DNA of 64,000 nt, taken from the NCBI RefSeq assembly GCF_902713615.1, contig NC_052165.1, positions 93,513,513-93,577,512 on the forward strand. Reading direction: 5' to 3'. Origin of the DNA: Scyliorhinus canicula (Eukaryota). The notes beneath the pieces are model-generated. The model saw nothing but the letters and a program-made list of their open reading frames with translations, was not told the DNA's origin and did no database searches. Shown here piece after piece: positions 59,060 to 64,000 of the stretch (position 1 is the first letter of the stretch; every line of letters starts with the position of its first letter). The position numbers and the translations under genes are program-made.

Positions 59060-59920
59060 AGCCTGGGTCATTCTGTGCAGGCGGGGGCCGAGGCCTGGGC
59101 CATTCTGTGCAGGCGGGGGCCAAGGCCTGGGTCATTCTGTGCAGGAGGGGGCCGAGGCCTGGGCCATTCTGTGCAGGAGGGGGCCGAGGCCTGGGCCATT
59201 CTGTGCAGGTGGGGGCCGAGGCCTGGGCCATGGGTCAGCGTGCCCGAAGCCTGGGGCATTCTGTGCAGGCGGGGGCTGAGGCCTGGGCCATTCTGTGCAG
59301 GTGGGGGCCGAGGCCTGGGCCATGGGTCAGCGTGCCCGAAGCCTGGGCCATTCTGTGCAGTTGGGGGGCCGAGGCCTGGGCCATTCTGTGCAGGAGGGGG
59401 CCGAGGCCTGGGCCATTCTGTGCAGGAGGGGGCCGAGGCCTGGGCCATTCTGTGCTGGTGGGGGCCGAGGCCTGGGCCATTCTGTGCTGGCGGGGGCCGA
59501 GGCCTGGGCCATTCTGTGCAGGCAGGGGCCGAGGCCTGGGCCATTCTGTGCCAGCGGGGGCCGAGGCCTGGGCCATTCTGTGCCAGCGGGGGCCGAGGCC
59601 TGGGCCATTCGGTGCCAGCGGGGGCCGAGGCCTGGGCCATTCTGTGCAGGCGGGGGCCAAGGCCTGGGCCATTCTGTGCAGGCGGGGGCCGAGGCCTGGG
59701 CCATTCTGTGCAGGAGGGGGCCGAGGCCTGGGCCATTCTGTGCAGGAGGGGGCCGAGGCCTGGGCCATTCTGTGCTGGCGGGGGCCGAGGCCTGGGCCAT
59801 TCTGTGCTGGCGGGGGCCGAGGCCTGGGCCATTCTGTGCAGGCGGGGGCCAAGGCCTGGGCCATTCTGTGCAGGCGGGGGCCAAGGCCTGGGCCATTCTG
59901 TGCAGGCGGGGGCCGAGGCC
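59060..59920. repeat. 32-bp minisatellite (GCCGAGGCCTGGGCCATTCTGTGCAGGAGGGG)
   Basis: Direct periodicity. Confidence 0.93.
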
Positions 59921-60055
59921 CAGGACAGGGATGCCCTCCCACACGCAGCCATGTCCCAGAGCCACCTGGACATCGCAGCGGACCTCCGCAGTCTGGCCCA
60001 GTCACAGCGGGCCGTGGCTGCGAACGTCAGCGGCATTGCCCAGGCGCCGGCCGGC

Positions 60056-61556
60056 GTGGCCCAGTCCCAGAGGGAGGCGGCCTAGTCCCAGAGGGAGGCG
60101 GCCCAGTCCCAGAGGGAGGCCCAGTCCCAGAGGGAGGCCCAGTCCCAGAGGGAGGTGGCCCAGCCCCAGAGGGAGGTGGCCCAGTCCCAGAGGGAGGTGG
60201 CCCAGTCCCAGAGGGAGGCCCAGTCCCAGAGGGAGAGGCCCAGCCAGAGGGAGGCGGCCCAGTCCCAGAGGGAGGCGGCCCAGTCCCAGAGGGAGGCCCA
60301 GTCCCAGAGGGAGGTGGCCCAGCCCCAGAGGGAGGTGGCCCAGTCCCAGAGGGAGGTGGCCCAGTCCCAGAGGGAGGCCCAGTCCCAGAGGGAGAGGCCC
60401 AGCCAGAGGGAGGCGGCCCAGTCCCAGAGGGAGGCCCAGTCCCAGAGGGAGGCCCAGTCCCAGAGGGAGGCGGCCCGGTCCCAGAGGGAGGTGGCCCAGT
60501 CCCAGAGGGAGGCCCAGTCCCAGAAGGAGGCGGCCCAGTCCCAGAGGGAGGTGGCCCAGTCCCAGAAAGAGGCGGCCCAGTCCCAGAGGGAGGCGGCCCA
60601 GTCTCAGAGGCCCAGTCCCAGAGTCCCAGTCACAGAGGGAGGTGGCCCAGTCACTGGCCGGTGCGGCACAGACCCTCAGGGTGATGTGGCACAGTCCCAG
60701 AGGGAGATGGCCAAGTTCCAGAGGCCCAGTCCCAGAGGGAGGCGGCCCAGTCTCAGAGGCCCAGTCTCAGAGGCCCAGTCCCAGAGGCCCAGTCCCAGAG
60801 GCCCAGTCTCAGAGACCCAGTCCCAGAAGGAGGCGGCCCAGTCCCAGAGGGAGGCGGCCCAGTCCCAGAGGCCCAGTCCCAGAGGGAGATGGCCCAGTCC
60901 CAGAGGCCCAGTCCCATAGGGAGATGGCCCAGTCCCAGAGGCCCAGTCCCATAGGGAGATGGCCCAGTCCCAGAGGGAGGTGGCCCAGTCCCAGAGGCCC
61001 AGTCCCAGAGGGAGATGGCCCAGTCCCAGAGGCCCAGTCCCAGAGGCCCAGTGCCAAAGGGAGGCGGCCCAGTCCCAGAGGCCCAGTGCCAAAGGGAGGC
61101 GGCCCAGTCCCAGAGGCCCAGTCCCAGAGGCCCAGTCCCAGAGGCCCAGTCCCAGAGTGCCCAGTCCCAGAGGCCCAGTCCCAGAGTGCCCAGTCCCAGA
61201 GGCCCAGTCCCAGAGGGCCCAGTCCCAGAGGGAGGCGGCCCAGTCTCAGAGGCCCAGTCCCAGAGGCCCAGTCCCAGAGGGCCCAGTCCCAGAGGGAGGC
61301 GGCCCAGTCCCAGAGGCCCAGTCCCAGAGGCCCAGTCCCAGAGGCCCAGTCCCAGAGTGCCCAGTCCCAGAGGCCCAGTCCCAGAGGGCCCAGTCCCAGA
61401 GGGAGGCGGCCCAGTCCCAGAGGCCCAGTCCCAGAGGCCCAGTCCCAGAGGGAGATGGCCCAGTCCCAGAGGCCCAGTCCCAGAGGCCCAGTCCCAGAGG
61501 GAGGCGGCCCAGTCCCAGAGGGAGGTGGCCCAGTCCCAGAAGGAGGCGGCCCAGTC
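60056..61556. repeat. Mixed 21/18/14-bp minisatellite (GCCCAGTCCCAGAG[GGAG(GYG)])
   Basis: Direct periodicity; the 21-bp unit encodes AQSQREV/A. Confidence 0.93.
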
Positions 61557-62259
61557 ACTGGCCGGTGCGGCACAGACCCTCAGGGTGGTGGCGCAGTCCC
61601 AGACGGAGATGGTCCACTCCCTGTGCTCCATGGTCTGGAGCCTGCAGACCCTGGTCGAGTCCCAAGCGAGCCTCCAGGACTGGCAGCGCCAGGTGGCAGT
61701 GGAGTCTCAGAGGGCAGCTCCGCTCGTAACCCTTTCCCATGGAGTAGCCCGGGGGCCATTGGGCACCCTGAGGGAGGATGGGGCCCGTGCCAGTCACTCC
61801 CACAGGGGTGTGCCAGAACTCCGCGGCACCTCTGAACCCCCTCCCCCCTTCTGTCCCTGATGCATCTGGTGGGCAGCGGGCAGAACAGGGCGGCACCACG
61901 CCCTCTGGAAAAGTAGACATCAGTTAAATTGGCACGAGTGCGGGGCACAGTCTAGCGTTAGTGCCCCCCCCCCCCCCCCCCCCGGCACCATCCCTGCCTC
62001 TGCCACCCCAGGGACCCGATGGGACTGTGTGATGGACTGGCCAACTCGCATGCAGGGGTCACCCAGGTGCATGGTGGGAAGAGCTACCGTGGGCAGGAGT
62101 CAGACATTGTCAAACGATGCGGAGCACCAGAGCTCATCACGGAGCGGGTCGTCATCATCCTCCATCGCATGGACCAGACCCGCTGTCACTGCCAACCCAG
62201 GGCCCCCACCCGGTAGTGGTACCCGTGTCCCTTCCCAGTTCCCCTACCCCTAGTCGGTG

Positions 62260-63469
62260 AAGCCAGAGACGATGAGAACATCCTGCTCGCCTTGGCCCCG
62301 GCGCACACGACATGCGGTCGTCCGTGTCTGCCGGGGGCCCCCCTGCCCTGCCCATCCTCCCCCTCCCCTGCATATTCCTCGTGAGGCGAGGCCTACCATG
62401 CCTCCTCCTCCTACCATGCCTCCTCCTCCTACCATGCCTCCTCCTCCTACCATGCCTCCTCCTCCTACCATGCCTCCTCCTCCTACCATGCCTCCTCCTC
62501 CTACCATGCCTCCTCCTCCTACCATGCCTCCTCCTCCTACCATGCCTCCTCCTCCTACCATGCCTCCTCCTCCTACCATGCCTCCTCCTCCTCCAGCATG
62601 TCGCCCCTCTGCTGTGCGATGTTTTGGAGGACGCAGCGGGGCCCCATCATGCGGTCGGCCCTCAGGCACCTGAACCGCATCGTCAAGGGGCTGAAGCACC
62701 GCTCGTCCACGCCCCCGGTCGCTGTGCGGGTCTCCGCGTCGGACTGTGGATTCCGGATAGGCATCGTCGGCCACGGCCGCAGCGGGTAACCCCTCTCACC
62801 CTGGAGCTAACCCCTCAGCTGGGGGTGCGCCTGGAAGAGGCCGGGAATTCTCCAGTGCGCCAGGATGAAGGAATCCTGCCCGGGTATCGGGCCCAGACGT
62901 GTACCATGCGCAGCTGGTGGTCAGAGACGGCCTATCATCTGCAGGTTCCCCAGGGCGACCTGCATCCCGTCTATCGCCCCCTGAACCCGGGGTATCCCGC
63001 TGATGGCAGTGACCCCCACTGCCCGGGCATCCTGGTGGGATCGGTCCCCATGGACACGGATGTATTGATCCGCTTGGGTATATCGGGTCTCCGTGACGGC
63101 GCGGACGCACCTGTGCACCGAGGTCTGTGAGATCCCGGACACGCCCCCCACTCGGCGGCTGGAAGGACCCCGTGGTGTAAACGCTCAGGGCGACCGTCAC
63201 CGTGCCCGACACCAGGAGCGGGTGTCCTCCCCCATACCCCCCCCCACGGTGCCAGGAGTGCCAGCACCTGGCAGATATGTTTGCAGTGTCTCCCTGCTCA
63301 GCCGGAGTCTCCGACGGCGTGCCCGGTCCGGCAGCTCCTCGAATGACAGGCGGTACCGGTACACACGAGGCCTCGTGCGGCGCCTCCTTCCCACCTCCTC
63401 CTCGGCCTGATGGGTGGGCAGCCCTCCATCCTGATTGGCTGCCTCCTGTTCCTCTGCTGCCCACTCCAC
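62260..63469 (-). pseudogene. Decayed PIF/Harbinger (HARBI1-like) DDE transposase
   Basis: RPRVYRYRLSF...RLRLSRE, SGISQTSVHRCVRAVT, P.VQGAIDG.QVAL, DH..MVHVWARYPG, GYPL, PIRNPQSDAETR, ERCF..L.MRFRCL, CVLQNIA; deletions and frameshifts. Confidence 0.88.
62393..62593. repeat. 18-bp minisatellite (CCTACCATGCCTCCTCCT), about 11 copies
   Basis: Direct periodicity in the acidic tail of the transposase. Confidence 0.93.
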
Positions 63470-64000
63470 TGCTGCCCACTCCGCTGCTGCCCACTCCGCT
63501 GCCCACTACGCTGCTGCCCACTCCGCTGCTGCCCACTCCGCTGCTGCCCACTCCCCTGCCCACTCCGCTGCTGCCCACTCCGCTGCTGCCCACTCCGCTG
63601 CTGCCGACTCCGCTGCTGCCCACTCTGCTGCTGCCCACTCCGCTGCTGCCGACTCCGCTGCTGCCCACTCCACTGCTGCCCACTCCCCTGCTGCCCACTC
63701 CGCTGCCCATTCCGCTGCTGCCCACTCCCCTGCTGCCCACTCCGCTGCTGCCCACTCCGCTGCTGCTCACTCCGCTGCAGCCCACTCCGCTCCTGACCAC
63801 TCCGCTGCTGACCACTCCGCTGCTGCCCGCTCCCCTGCTGCCCACTCCGCTGCTGACCACTCCGCTGCTGCCCGCTCCCCTGCTGGCCACTCCACTGCTG
63901 CCCACTCTGCTGCTGCCCACTCCGCTGCTGCCCACTCTGCTGCTGCCCACTCCGCTGCTGCCCACTCCCCTGCTGCCCACTCCGCTGCTGCCCACTCCAC
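63455..64000. repeat. 15-bp minisatellite (CTGCCCACTCCGCTG), running off the window end
   Basis: Direct periodicity; reads EWAAA in the frame of the transposase N-terminus. Confidence 0.93.

Larger units (their letters stand above)
58550..61910 (+). pseudogene. Probable remnant of the Harbinger accessory (Myb/SANT-type) gene, coiled-coil part, expanded by minisatellites
   Basis: Heptad-like ORF pieces (QANTARVASAVEAM, LRSLAQSQRAVA, SLQTLVESQASLQDWQRQ) convergent with the transposase. No Myb domain is visible, so the identity is inferred from element architecture. Confidence 0.5.

Noticed and set aside
62260-63469. Domesticated HARBI1 host gene
   Set aside because: Frameshifts, internal deletions and stop-bearing repeats indicate a dead transposon copy.

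Overview
Eukaryotic, GC-rich, repeat-saturated vertebrate DNA, most likely from a cartilaginous fish (inferred from HE1-like V-SINEs and shark-type CR1 LINEs). There are five N-gaps. The one recognisable host gene is an intron-rich pelota (PELO/Dom34) on the minus strand. Five GT-AG coding exons (56055->45263) join in phase into 180 codons, and a YY1/NRF1/GC-box promoter lies upstream. The 3' half of the gene is not present in the window. An orphan 972-nt terminal coding exon (22451->21480, minus) encodes an unrecognised Pro/Ser-rich protein tail. The rest is tandem arrays (37, 69, 48-52, 32, 45/47, 70 and ~28 bp units), two LTR-bounded Gypsy elements with 5-bp TSDs, a truncated third Gypsy, a split L1-clade LINE, CR1-group fragments, SINEs, a Penelope-type hairpin insert and a decayed Harbinger transposon. 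The most notable signals are a tandem RFX X-box array starting at the PELO exon-1 donor, a Gypsy element with no tRNA primer site but a self-complementary LTR/leader fold, satellites that appear to arise from TE fragments or from each other, and a multi-kb inverted satellite pair. Nearly all long ORFs in the supplied track are repeat read-through artefacts. Family assignments are from memory of consensus sequences, not from database searches.
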